64,000 nt of DNA, from positions 316,801 through 380,800 of the forward strand of contig NW_013657667.1 of the NCBI RefSeq assembly GCF_000142905.1, in the 5' to 3' direction. How positions within the stretch are numbered: position 1 is the first letter of the stretch; each line of letters opens with the position of its first letter. The notes below the pieces were generated by a model, which was not told where the DNA came from, ran no database searches, and worked only from the letters and a program-made list of their open reading frames with translations. This document shows positions 23,098 to 33,505 of this stretch, piece after piece. The position numbers were made by a program, and so were the translations under genes. This DNA is from Thecamonas trahens ATCC 50062 (lineage: Eukaryota; Protista; Apusomonadida).

Positions 23098-25004
23098 TCA
23101 TTTGCGGCGAACAGATATCGATGGCGGTAGTGCCAGACTCGGCTGATCGAGGGGAGGGAGGCTAGTGGCACCTGCGCCTGCGCGCACGCCTGCGCCGGTG
23201 CCGACGCCGAGTGGGGCAGGAGTGATGCCGGCGGCGAGGGAATAGGCAGCGGAGGTATGGGATCGATGGTGTCGATGGGCGCCGGCGTGGAGAGTGACAG
23301 CTCGCCGTTGGCCTCGAGCTCGTTGTGCAGTGCGGCAAGAAGGATGTGGATTGAGTAGGCGGAGCGAGTGGCGGCATGAGTCGCCGAGTTGAGGTCACCA
23401 AGTACGGCAAGCGAGTCGCGCGACTCGGTCGCAAGAAAGGTAAGCGCGTCCTCAGCACGAGATGAAGGATGCAGCTCGGCCGGGTACTCGGGCTGCGGGT
23501 TGAGCTCAAAGTTGGAGGTGATGATGGTGGTGGGAAAGGCAATGACAAGCATGCCGACCAGCATCATGATCATGGCCACGACACGGCCAAACTCGGTCGT
23601 CGGCATGGCGTCGCCATAGCCAACGGTGGTGAGCGTGACAACAGCAAACCAGAACGCGTCTGGGATCGACTGGAACGGCGCCCGCCCGCCCGCCTTGGTC
23701 CGCCAGCTCTGGTCCGACCGATCAAAGCTTAGCGTGGCCGTCTCACCAAAGTACAAGACTGACGAGAGGCCGACGACGCAAAGGAGGAAGAGGAAGAAAA
23801 GCAGGACCAGCGCCGAGGCCGAAGTGACAAGCGTCCGCACGATCGAGAGGAAGCGGTGGTTGTACTTGGAGAGTCGGAAGAGCCGGAAGACCCGCGCCAG
23901 TCGCACCACTCGGATGACTGCTAGCCCCGCCACGTTTGAGCCGGTGAGCACAAGCTCAACAAAGAACGGAACAATCGATGCCAGATCAATCAGTGCACCC
24001 GGTGAAACTACGTAGTTGAACAGCGACGGCGCCGTGGCGACCTTGAGTACGTACTCGAGTGTGAAAATGGTGATGGAGAAGATTTCGATGAGACGGAGGG
24101 CCAGTGGCTCGTCACGAAAGTACTCGGGCAGCGTCGAGACGCAGAAAGCGCCGGTGGCCACGAAAATGACCAAGAGCAGGAAGACGTTGATGACGTAGGC
24201 CAACCGCGACGACTCAGGGGCGTCGAGCGTGTTGAACACCGCCCGGCGGAGCCGCGCATTCCGCGAGCTTGTGCGCACCGGCACTGACGGCGGCCGCTGG
24301 CCGGCCATCAACGACGCCATCGACTCCTCGGCGGCCGCCGGCGACTCGGCATCGCGCTCGGCACTTTCGCCCAGAAAGCGCGCCACCGACGGCGTCTTGG
24401 CGAGCGCGTTGAATGTGCCCGCCCGCGAGAACCAAACAACTCGTCCGGTCTTGCCCTTCGATGCCACCAGGCCAGGCTCCACATCCGACTCAGCGTCGAG
24501 ATGTGGCTCCTGCGCAGTAGCGGCTCCAGCGCCCGTGTCAGAGTCGCTCTTAGTGCTCGAGCTGCCCGAGATAGAGCTCGAGCTCCCGATGGATGACGTC
24601 GAGCTCGAGCTGCTTGCCTGGGCCGTCGCCCGGCCCACTAGCAGCGCCGGATCCGAGCTTCCCAGCGGAACCTTGCCACGGGCAGCCCGAATAAGCTCGG
24701 TGTCGGCATTGCCGGCCATCATCGACATGCGCCGGACTCGCAGGCGCCACGAGTCTGCCTCCGGGCGCGACTCTGGCTCGCCACGTCCGGCTGCGACCGC
24801 AGCACCATGTGCTGGCATCGGCTGGAGGCTGTCGCTCTGCTTCAGTGCGTCTGCTCGGGACACTGCCGAAGGGCGCAGCGATGGCGCGAGCGGTAGGACG
24901 TTGGCGCCGTCTACACTTGCTGCGTTGTCTTGGCCAGCCGCACGAACGTGGGCGCGGGCACGGCCATTGCTCCCGGCCTCGCCCACCCCTCCTTGCCAAG
25001 CCAT
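23098..25004 (-). CDS. Voltage-gated K+ channel (Kv-type, 6TM, no T1 domain); probable frameshift at 23151-23154
   Basis: S4 VIRVVRLARVFRLFRL, SIPDAFWFAVVTLTTVGYGD pore, S6 IAFPTTII; the shifted frame ends LDQPSLALPPSISVRRK*. Confidence 0.9.
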
Positions 25005-25407
25005 GCGCCTGCGCTTATTCTCGACTCTGTCTGGCGCGTGCAAACCTGTGTAGCTATCCGTCGTGCCGTGAGCGACGAGTGCTGAACAAAGGAGTCGAAG
25101 AGGTGAAGGCGGTTCCCCAGGTGCGAGGTCGTGCGCTGTCGAGAGGAGCAGGGACCGGGGGAGGGGGAGGCGGGGCGGCAACGGCCACGTACGATAGCAT
25201 CATGGTCAAAAGACCGTTGGCAATCAAATTGTGCCATGAGCCACACAACCTTCGTTCAGCTCTTTCCATTGTCACGTCGAGAGACTGTGGCACTCGTTCG
25301 GTCGTTTGGCGGTGGCGGCAAGGGTGTGAGGAAAGTGAAAAACAGCGCGAGCTGGATTGTGCCAGATTGACGCATTTGGGCAACAGTTTTCTCTCCTTCT
25401 GCTCACA

Positions 25408-26242
25408 ATGGTCAGCACCAAGAGTACGTAACCAAAGCTAGTATAACCTTACCACGAGGTGCTCCTTGCCTACGACGTTGGATACATGCTCTTGCGTCTG
25501 TAGACGACCGGTGTATTCCGTTGGTGCTGTGTACCCCCCCTGGGAGCTGCTTGTCCACCGTCGCTGTGGCCCAGCGCATCATCGAATTTGTGTGCGGTGG
25601 GCCATACTTTGTGTGCGGCGGCGGCGAGGAGCCCCTGACGCCCACGGCCACAACGCCCCCCATGCCATGGTCGTAATGCGCAAGTGCAGGGCGAGCAAGC
25701 ATGGGCTGTGGTGGTGGGTGTGGGCACCCGCAGCACCCGGGAGGGCGGTGAGGAGCGCGGCGGGATGGGCGGCGGGGGATGGCGACGTTTTGACTCACAC
25801 GACCGACATGGGGTTGGACACAACTACAGCGAAGGCTAAGTCGGCCGCCCGCGCTCAGACGCAGGGCAACTTCAAGTCCAACCGCAAGGTGCACACGAAG
25901 GTCCAGTGGAAGACCAAGCCGACCAAGAAGCAGGCCCGCAAGCCGCTCTACCCGCGCCAGTCGGCCCCGGGCAAGGCTCGCATCAACGACTACTCGGTCC
26001 TCAAGTTCCCGCTCACCACCGAGGTGGCCATGAAGGCTGTCGAGGACCACCGCACCCTCGTCTTCATTGTGGACATCCGCGCCACCAAGCCGCAGATCAA
26101 GAACGCCATGAACAAGGTGTACCAGGTCAAGGCCGCCAAGGTCAACACCCTCATCCGCCCGGACGGCCAGAAGAAGGCCTTCATCCGCCTGGCTCCCGAG
26201 CACGATGCTCTCGACATTGCCAGCAAGATCGGCATGTTCTAA
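25408..26242 (+). CDS. RPL23A: 60S ribosomal protein uL23 (L23a/L25), 2 exons (25408-25423, 25830-26242)
   Basis: KFPLTTEVAMKAVEDHRTLVFIVD, KVNTLIRPDGQKKAFIRL, DALDIASKIG; very strong codon bias; GTACGT...CAG intron with GACTCAC; pyrimidine (TOP-like) leader. Confidence 0.96.
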
Positions 26243-26383
26243 GCAAACGAAAAACTCGAGACTAATGTGTTGCCCTTGCATGGGGGGGGGAGAGAGAGAG
26301 GGAGGGTGGTGCGGTGCGGTGCTGTCATCTCGAATGGTGGTCGGGAGCCTGCTATTTTATGGTGGACGTCACCAGCACGCCGC

Positions 26384-27280
26384 TCATCGCCCGCCACGCA
26401 TCAGTGCATCGAGCTCCTGCTCGAGCTCTGAAAGCTCTGCCGGTGTTACCTTTGGCTCCAGGCCGGCTGCGAGCGCTGCGACCGCGGCGTCAGCGGCAGC
26501 CGCGGCCGCCAGCGCTGCCGGATCTGCACCCACAGCAGCCAGCTCTGCAGCGGCGGCGGCTCCGCCCAATGCAGACTCAGCGGCAACCGCCTCGGCCTCG
26601 GCCTCGAGCTCCTCCAGCTCGCTGCCTCCACTCTCAAGCTTCACCTCCAAATCGTCATCTGCGCTGGCATCGTCAGCATCCTCGTTCACAGCGAGGACAG
26701 GCGCGGACGAGGCTGCCTCATTGGAAGCCGCAGGTTGCGCAGCAGCCCGTGGCAGCGCGCGGGCAGCCGCGGTAATGGCCTCGGCTGTCTCGGCCGATGA
26801 TGTCGGCATGCGTGGATACGCTACAAGCGCCGGCGCAGGCCCACACGACGAAGCAGTCTCTCCCGCCATCGCAGTCGCCATCTCAGCCTCGACTTTGTCT
26901 ACAAACTCCTGCAGCGCCTCGGCCTGGCTCAAATACGAGGCCAGCCGGGTCATGATGCGTGCGTGTCCGGGCGACAACGCATCCCTCACGGCTGCCGCTG
27001 CCGCTGCTGCTCTTGCTGCCGCTCCCGCCTCGGCGGCATCGCCACTCGCGGCGCCATCATCAATTCCATCACAGCCGCTGCCTTCTTGCGTCGTCGCCCG
27101 TCGCACAAACGCCAGCATCAGCTCCAGCCCGCGTCGATAGGCCGCAAGCGCCGTCCGCGCAGGTCCCACCGCCGCCCGCCGTGCCACCACAGGTGGAGGC
27201 GACGGAAGCAGTGGGTCGGCCACAGCAGCCGCCTTTAGCGCAGCCACCCCTGCTGTGTAAAGCCCAGCCAGGTCAGTCAT
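26384..27280 (-). CDS. Hypothetical Ala-rich protein with a possible MIT-like helical domain
   Basis: ALAAYRRGLELML and RLASYLSQAEAL resemble MIT helices 2 and 3; acidic C-terminus. Confidence 0.5.
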   Translation of the reverse strand: MTDLAGLYTAGVAALKAAAVADPLLPSPPPVVARRAAVGPARTALAAYRRGLELMLAFVRRATTQEGSGCDGIDDGAASGDAAEAGAAARAAAAAAAVRDALSPGHARIMTRLASYLSQAEALQEFVDKVEAEMATAMAGETASSCGPAPALVAYPRMPTSSAETAEAITAAARALPRAAAQPAASNEAASSAPVLAVNEDADDASADDDLEVKLESGGSELEELEAEAEAVAAESALGGAAAAAELAAVGADPAALAAAAAADAAVAALAAGLEPKVTPAELSELEQELDALMRGGR

Positions 27281-27536
27281 GCCCCCCCCCAGCCGTTCGA
27301 GTTACCTACGACAAGTACTCTCCGCTCTTCGCCCTCCGTTCTGAGACCCTGCGCCACACTCCCTGGGCCTGCCTGCCACCAGCATCCGCCTGTCGCGCCG
27401 TGCCGTCCCGGCTTTCCGGCTAGCCATTGTCAACTGACCAGAGCAGCAGCCGCTGCGATCTCCGTCCCCTCGTCAAGCCAAAAGGTTCAATGATGTGGTC
27501 TCATCCACGGTCGGCTGGTGGTGCTGGCCGAAAGCG

Positions 27537-29141
27537 TCAAAGCGTCGGCTGGCTGGCGGTAAGAGGCTCGGGAGTGACATTGATGGACGTCAGGGCGCCG
27601 GTGTTGACGCCGGCAAGGGTGGCTGTGAGGGCCGCGATGGCGTCATTAGCCTTAGAGGCCTCTACCGTGAGCGGGATGGCGTGTGGCGAGGCATCGAGCG
27701 TCCACTCGGCAGAAAGCTCCGCCCCGTCTCCGAGCCGTGAGTCGACCGACGCAACGAGATCGGCCACATCGGTCTGAGCATCCTGGAGCGAGGCGCGGAT
27801 GTCGTCGCCGACGACAGCAATGACCTCGCGCGACGGCGGGAGAGCGGCAGCCGCCGACGCGTCCAGTGCGCCGCGATTGCGGACCCGGACAACCGTGGTC
27901 GCCGCTGCCGCTGCCGCCGGCTTGTCGTCGGCCGCAACAATGGTCGTGCCTTCGCGCGCGGGCTCCAGCGTGTTGCGGATCCGGATCGGGATCTCCTTGG
28001 CCTCGATCGGCGAAACAATCTGCGGGTCGACAATCTCCTTGCCATAACGGGTAAGGACTTCTGCCTCGTTGTACGTGAGGACCGGGATGGTCGTCTTTGC
28101 GTCGCCGTCGTGGACAACGCCGACAGAGCCCGGAGCCCAATCGACAAACGCCCCGCTCTCGGCCTCCTGAACCGGTTCGACCCTCCACAGCGAGACCTCA
28201 TCGGCGCCGAGGCCACGGCCGAGGAGCGTCGCCGTTAGATCCGAGCCACCACGATTGAATGTCGTGATCGCTGCCGGGTTGTCCACTGCTCCGCCGTACA
28301 AGCCCGGCACCACCGCCACCGAGCCGGCGGCCAGCACCGAGTCGAGCTGCGCCTGGATGAGCGCCGCCGACGCCTCAAGATCCGGCAGCGCTGCGCCGTA
28401 CTTGCCGTTGGTCCGGATGAGACCTGTCGGGTCCGCAAGCACAGCCGAAGTCCCCATCGCGATGAGGTACTTTTCAAAGATGAGGCACGAGAGTCGCTCG
28501 CCGAGCGACTGCATCCGATCGAGCTGTGCCTTGACGGCCGGGGCATCGCCCGGCGTCTCAAACGACTCCTTGAACAGGGCTCCCACTGGAGTGTCAAAGT
28601 CGCGCTCCATCAGTTGCTCGACCTCAGACCGCAGCGTTGTCCGCAGAGCGTCAAGCTCGGTCCGACCCATCCGCGCCGCCGGGGACTGCAGATCAAGCGC
28701 CGCGTTCGGCGACTCGCCCTGAGCATGAACGCGGGTCGCTCCCATCGCCGGCGGGGCAAACAGCGCATCGATAGTCTCAAGGTGGCCGGCCACGATCTGG
28801 TTGCGGAGCTTGCGGAGCAGGACAAAGTTCCTGGTTCGAGCCGCCGTCGATGCTTCGGCGAGCGCCTCGGCTACGCCATACATGGCCGAAAGCACAACGC
28901 CGATCTCATCACCACTGCCAGCCGCCGCCGCACCCGACGCCTTGGCAGCCACCAGCATCGCCACTCGGTGAACCGCATCGGCCGAGCCGAGCGACGCGCC
29001 GCCAAACTTCATCACCTCGCGATGGGCTGCCGCCGAGCGGCCGGCAGACGCCGACAACGCCGCCACACGGAGGCCGCCGAGACGTTCTGGCGAGAGCAGC
29101 CGCGCTGCGGGCTGATTGCGAGCAAGAAAACGAAAGGCCAT
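27537..29141 (-). CDS. Aspartokinase-like amino-acid kinase with a degenerate ACT domain and a mitochondrial-type presequence
   Basis: VMKFGGASLG, VVLSAM, SLGERLS, ITTFNRGGSDLTA, IPIRIRNTLEP..GT; Arg/Ala/Leu-rich N-terminus. Confidence 0.8.
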   Translation of the reverse strand: MAFRFLARNQPAARLLSPERLGGLRVAALSASAGRSAAAHREVMKFGGASLGSADAVHRVAMLVAAKASGAAAAGSGDEIGVVLSAMYGVAEALAEASTAARTRNFVLLRKLRNQIVAGHLETIDALFAPPAMGATRVHAQGESPNAALDLQSPAARMGRTELDALRTTLRSEVEQLMERDFDTPVGALFKESFETPGDAPAVKAQLDRMQSLGERLSCLIFEKYLIAMGTSAVLADPTGLIRTNGKYGAALPDLEASAALIQAQLDSVLAAGSVAVVPGLYGGAVDNPAAITTFNRGGSDLTATLLGRGLGADEVSLWRVEPVQEAESGAFVDWAPGSVGVVHDGDAKTTIPVLTYNEAEVLTRYGKEIVDPQIVSPIEAKEIPIRIRNTLEPAREGTTIVAADDKPAAAAAATTVVRVRNRGALDASAAAALPPSREVIAVVGDDIRASLQDAQTDVADLVASVDSRLGDGAELSAEWTLDASPHAIPLTVEASKANDAIAALTATLAGVNTGALTSINVTPEPLTASQPTL

Positions 29142-29515
29142 GTTGATGGAAATAGTTATCGCCTGGAATGAGAGCGGTGGTAGTGTACCACTCCCAGAAC
29201 GTGACGGGTCGACCGTGCGTGGGTGTGTGGGTGTGTATGGGGTGTTTGTGTTTGTCTGCTCTGGCAGACGAAGGATGAGTGCGTGGCGCCACGTTGGCAC
29301 GGCACACACTTGTGTGCCAGTGACCACGATTTGGCCACCTCGTGATGACGGCCTGTGACGCAGGGTGAACATTGGCATTCATTGAGCGGATATTACGGAG
29401 GGAGAAAGACGGCGGCAGCGGAGGGTATAGGAAACAAGGGATGAGAAGCAACACTTGACAACAGCAAGGACCATCACTATTGATGTCAAGGGAGTCTACA
29501 AACACCTCAAATTCA

Positions 29516-30792
29516 ATGTCAACAACTTCGCAGAGTCCAGCAAGCACGCCAAGGAGCGGAGTCACGAGCGGGCCCGGCTCGGCAGCACACGGCCAATTCA
29601 ATCAGCCACCCGCCACCTATGATGAAGAGGCGGCGCTCCTCGGCTCTGTCCAACGCAAGAGCATTGTGGAGGATGTTCAGCTCAACTCTGTGAATGGCAT
29701 CCCACATGTGGAAGACCGCCCCAAGCAGTCGATGTGGATGCAGATCCTTGGCTACACCGCCCTCCTCGCCGCCATTGTCTCGTGGCTCCTTGGTGCAGAG
29801 GCATCACGTGCTGTGGAGACTGGCGACAATGCCTACAAGTCATACTTTTTATCGTTTGGTTCGGCCATGTCTTCCCGGCTCTTTTCCTGCCTGTCGGATG
29901 GTTTATGCTCCGCTACAAGGAGCACTGGCGGACCCTCCCGCATCCTGTCCATGGCAAGGATTTTGAGTGGAGCTCGTTTGGCGAGTTCCGCGTGGCCTGG
30001 AAGCTGACCTGGGGCCAGATGGCTTGGCGTGGCTTCTGGCTCGCCGGCGCTTACATGGTGCCGGACATCTTCTGGTTCTCGTCGCTCTCCATGACCTCGG
30101 TCGCTGCCGCCACCACCATCTTCAACTCGTCGACCGCCTTTGTTGTCCTCTTCTCCATCTTTCTCCTCGGCGAGCGCCCGTCGCTCATCAAGTTTGGCGC
30201 CGCCATCCTCGCTGTCGCCTCCTCGGCCATGGTCTCGTTTGCTGACAACATTGCACCGTCTCATGGCTCAAACTCCGACACCTCGTCGTCCAAGCCATCG
30301 AATCCGGTTCTTGGCGGCCTGTTTGCCTTCCTTGGTGCTGTCCTCTACGGCCTCTACGAGGTCGTCTACAAGCGGTTTGGCCTGGTGACTGGCGAGAACG
30401 ATCCGCTGCCGATGGTCATTATCGTCGCCGGCCTTATGGGTGTGGGCAACACTCTGGGCCTTGCCCCTTTCATCCCGCTTCTTGACTGGACTGGCTTGGA
30501 GGAGTGGCACCTGCCGGTTGCTGACAAGTGGCCCAACTTTGTCATCATGTCTGCCATGCTCGCCGTCTTTATCGTCTCGCTCATGACCTCGATTGCTCTT
30601 CTCCCCTCTCCGACCTACGTTGCTGTTGGCATCACTCTCACTGTTCCGGGCTCGCTCGTCCTTGACGCCGTCCTCCACGGCGCCTCGTACTCGTGGCCAT
30701 TCCTTGTTGGCTCGCTCGGTGTCATCCTCTCCTTTGGCCTCATCGTCGCCAAGGAGCACCACCCAGCCCTTCTCAGCCATCGCTGGCTGTAG
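29516..30792 (+). CDS. Drug/metabolite (DMT, SLC35F-like) transporter; frameshift at 29846-29850
   Basis: About 10 TM helices; SLSMTSVAAATTIFNSSTAFVVLFSIFLLGER, GAVLYGLYEVVYK, VGITLTVPGSLVLD. Confidence 0.82.
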
Positions 30793-30973
30793 TGTAAACC
30801 AGTGTCATTTACTATTCCCTCGTCTCCCACAACCGTGTCGGTACATGGGCGCCCACCCAAACGTGCCCTCCCTGACAGCTGCAAGTTCGGCGCGCACTCG
30901 CACCACCTACGCGACTTGGCGCGAGTTGGCGCCAAGTTGGGACTGAACCACCACACCAAGACCGCCACCACCA

Positions 30974-30975
<2 letters not shown>

Positions 30976-31008
<33 letters not shown>

Positions 31009-31088
31009 GCTCTCTCCCTCTCCTTCTCCCCATACATTCACACATCACACATACATACATACATACATACATACATACATACATACAC
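30976..31088. repeat. (CA)n and (CATA)n microsatellites directly upstream of the GCP2 start
   Basis: Read directly. Confidence 0.9.
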
Positions 31089-31098
31089 ATTCGCTGCC

Positions 31099-33483
31099 AT
31101 GGCTACTCCGCACGAGTCCAGCCGCCCGGGTCGTCGGCCCCGCCGCCAGGCCCCGGAGCCCTTGACGAGCTCGCGGCGCTGCAGGAGCGAGTGCGGGCAG
31201 CATCAGCGCGCCTGCCATCGGTGGAGGCACTGGCAGGAAAGAGTGGCAAGCCCGCGCCAAGGCTGCCGGTGGTGGAGGCGCTGGTGAATAAGCCCAGCGT
31301 GACTGCAGCGCATGATGCCGGAGCGAGCGGGCGACCGGTGACGAGTTGGTGGCCGCTGTTCCGCCTCAGCCCGACTGGCTGCTCCGGCCGTCCGCGGGAC
31401 GTATGTAGTGCGGTCGGCAACAGGAGTGGAGCCCGAGGCACCGTCGATGCTGCACATCGGCCGGGCGTCGCAAGAATACCAGCTGGTAGAGGAGGCGCTG
31501 TACGCGCTGATGGGCATCGAGTCTGAGCACATCCGAGCGTTCCCCTCGGCAGATGGCCTGGTCTTCCAGCTGGCATCGTCGGCTGACGTCGATGCGTCGA
31601 TTGCTGACTTGCTCGGCCGCATCCTGCCGCTGGCGTCTGCGTACTCGGCCGTGACCGCGTTTGTGGAGACCGGGTCGCGGTACGAGGCTGGCCTGGTCTC
31701 GCACGCTCTCTGCGCCGCAGTTCGCGAGCTTCTCAACGAGTACCTCATTGTTGTGGCGCAGCTAGAGACCCAGTTTGGGCTCGGCCAGCTCAACCTGCAG
31801 AAGATGTGGTTTTTCGTTCAGCCGTCGCTCTCAACCGTTACCGCACTGGCGACGCTCGCGCGCTCGATCCGCGACCAGGGCGCTCGCGGCGGCTCGCTCC
31901 TCTCACTCCTACACGAGGCGCTTGAGGTCTCGGCCGGTGACTCGCCAAAGCGTGCGCTCATCGAGCACCTGCTCTCGGCAGCGTCGGTGCCGTACTTTTC
32001 GGCGCTCACGGCCTGGGTCACCGCCGGTTCGGTCGTCGACCCGTACGCAGAGTTTATGGTTGTCGAGCACCCCGACATGGCCAAGGATCTTGGTCTGCCG
32101 GCGCTCTCGGACTCGTACTGGAGCGAGCGTTACACACTGCGCGAGGCCAAGGCTGTGCCGCGCTTTCTGGCGCCGCACGCTGCCACCATCCTCACCACCG
32201 GCAAGTATCTCAACGTCATTGCGGGGTGCGGGCTGCCTATTCCGTCCGAGACCCTGCTGCCGGCCGGCGAAGCGGCTGTGGCGTACGCATCCAACGAGCG
32301 CGAGTACGCCAAGACGATTGAGCATGCGCACGCACGTGCAGCTGCGCTGCTCATCGATGTGCTCATGCGCAAGCACGCTCTCCTCGACCGCCTTGGCTCC
32401 ATCAAGCGGTACTTTCTGCTCTCGCAGGGCGACGTGCTCCCACACTTTTTCGAGATCGCCGCTGACGAGCTCGCTCGTCCGGCGTCGGCTGTCGACATCG
32501 AGAAGCTCGAGGCGCTCCTTGAGCTTGCAGTCCGGAGCACGTCGGCCCGCGGCGACGAGCACAAGGACGAGCTCGGCCTCCGGCTCGTTCACACCTCAAT
32601 TGCGTCTGAGCTCGCACACATCAACACAGCAGGCCTTCCGTCAGGCTCGAGCGCCGGTGCCAAGGCCGGCGCTGGTGAGCTTACTGGCTTTGAAGCCTTT
32701 GCCTTTGACTTTGTCGTCGAGTGGCCGCTCAACCTGGTCATCTCGTCGGCCGCGCTGACCAAGTACCGGCTGCTCAACAGGCACCTCATCAAGTCAACGC
32801 GGGTGTGCAAAGCCATGTCGGCAGCGTGGGCCATCCACAAGCTGACCAAGACCGCCCACGTGCAGGCTTACTTTAAGCGTGCGTACGCGCTGCGCTCCAA
32901 GATGCTGCACTTTGTCTCGTCGTTCAGCAACTACATGTTCTACCAGGTCCTCGAGCCGGCGTGGGCGCAGTTGACAGCAACGCTGGCGGGGGCCACCTCG
33001 CTGGCCGACGTGGTCACCGCCCATGAGGCATTCCTCAACGCCGCGCTCAAAGAGTGCCTCCTCACCCACCCGGAGCTGCTCAAACTCCTCACCAAGCTTA
33101 TGTCGACCTGCTCCATCTTTGTTGACTACACAGCCCACCTGTCAGCGACGCTCTCGCTTGACGGCGACTCGATCTTTGTCATCCCGCCGGGCCTCGTCGA
33201 CTCTGCTGTGGAGGGTCTCGAAGAAGAGGCCGCTATCGCCCAAGCGCTTGCCGTGCGTCGCGAGCACGCCGCCGCCGCTGTCGATACCACAGCCACAGTG
33301 CTCGACGACAAGTACCACCGGACGCTCGCCAAGTTTGAGGAGAACTTTGGCTACCACATGCGCCTCTTCCTGCAGACCATTAACCTCCTCTCGGGAACCG
33401 AGAAGCACCTAGCCGCTCTCTTTGCTACCTTTGACTTTAACGGCTTCTACGGCGATGCCCTCGGCCTCTTCAGCTACGCATAG
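31099..33483 (+). CDS. TUBGCP2: Gamma-tubulin complex component 2 (Spc97); three apparent single-base deletions in the first 300 bp
   Basis: QEYQLVEEALYALMGIE, GLVSHALCAA, LQKMWFFVQP, DPYAEFMV, YWSERY, ILTTGKYLNVI, SIKRYFLLSQGD, WPLNLVIS, VLEPAW, FLNAALKECLL, DFNGFY. Confidence 0.9.
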
Positions 33484-33505
33484 ACACCTCGGATAAAGCA
33501 GGCAA

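Noticed and set aside
14006-33483. Pseudogene calls for Prp22, the DMT transporter and GCP2
   Set aside because: Motifs are intact on both sides of single homopolymer indels; sequencing error is more likely
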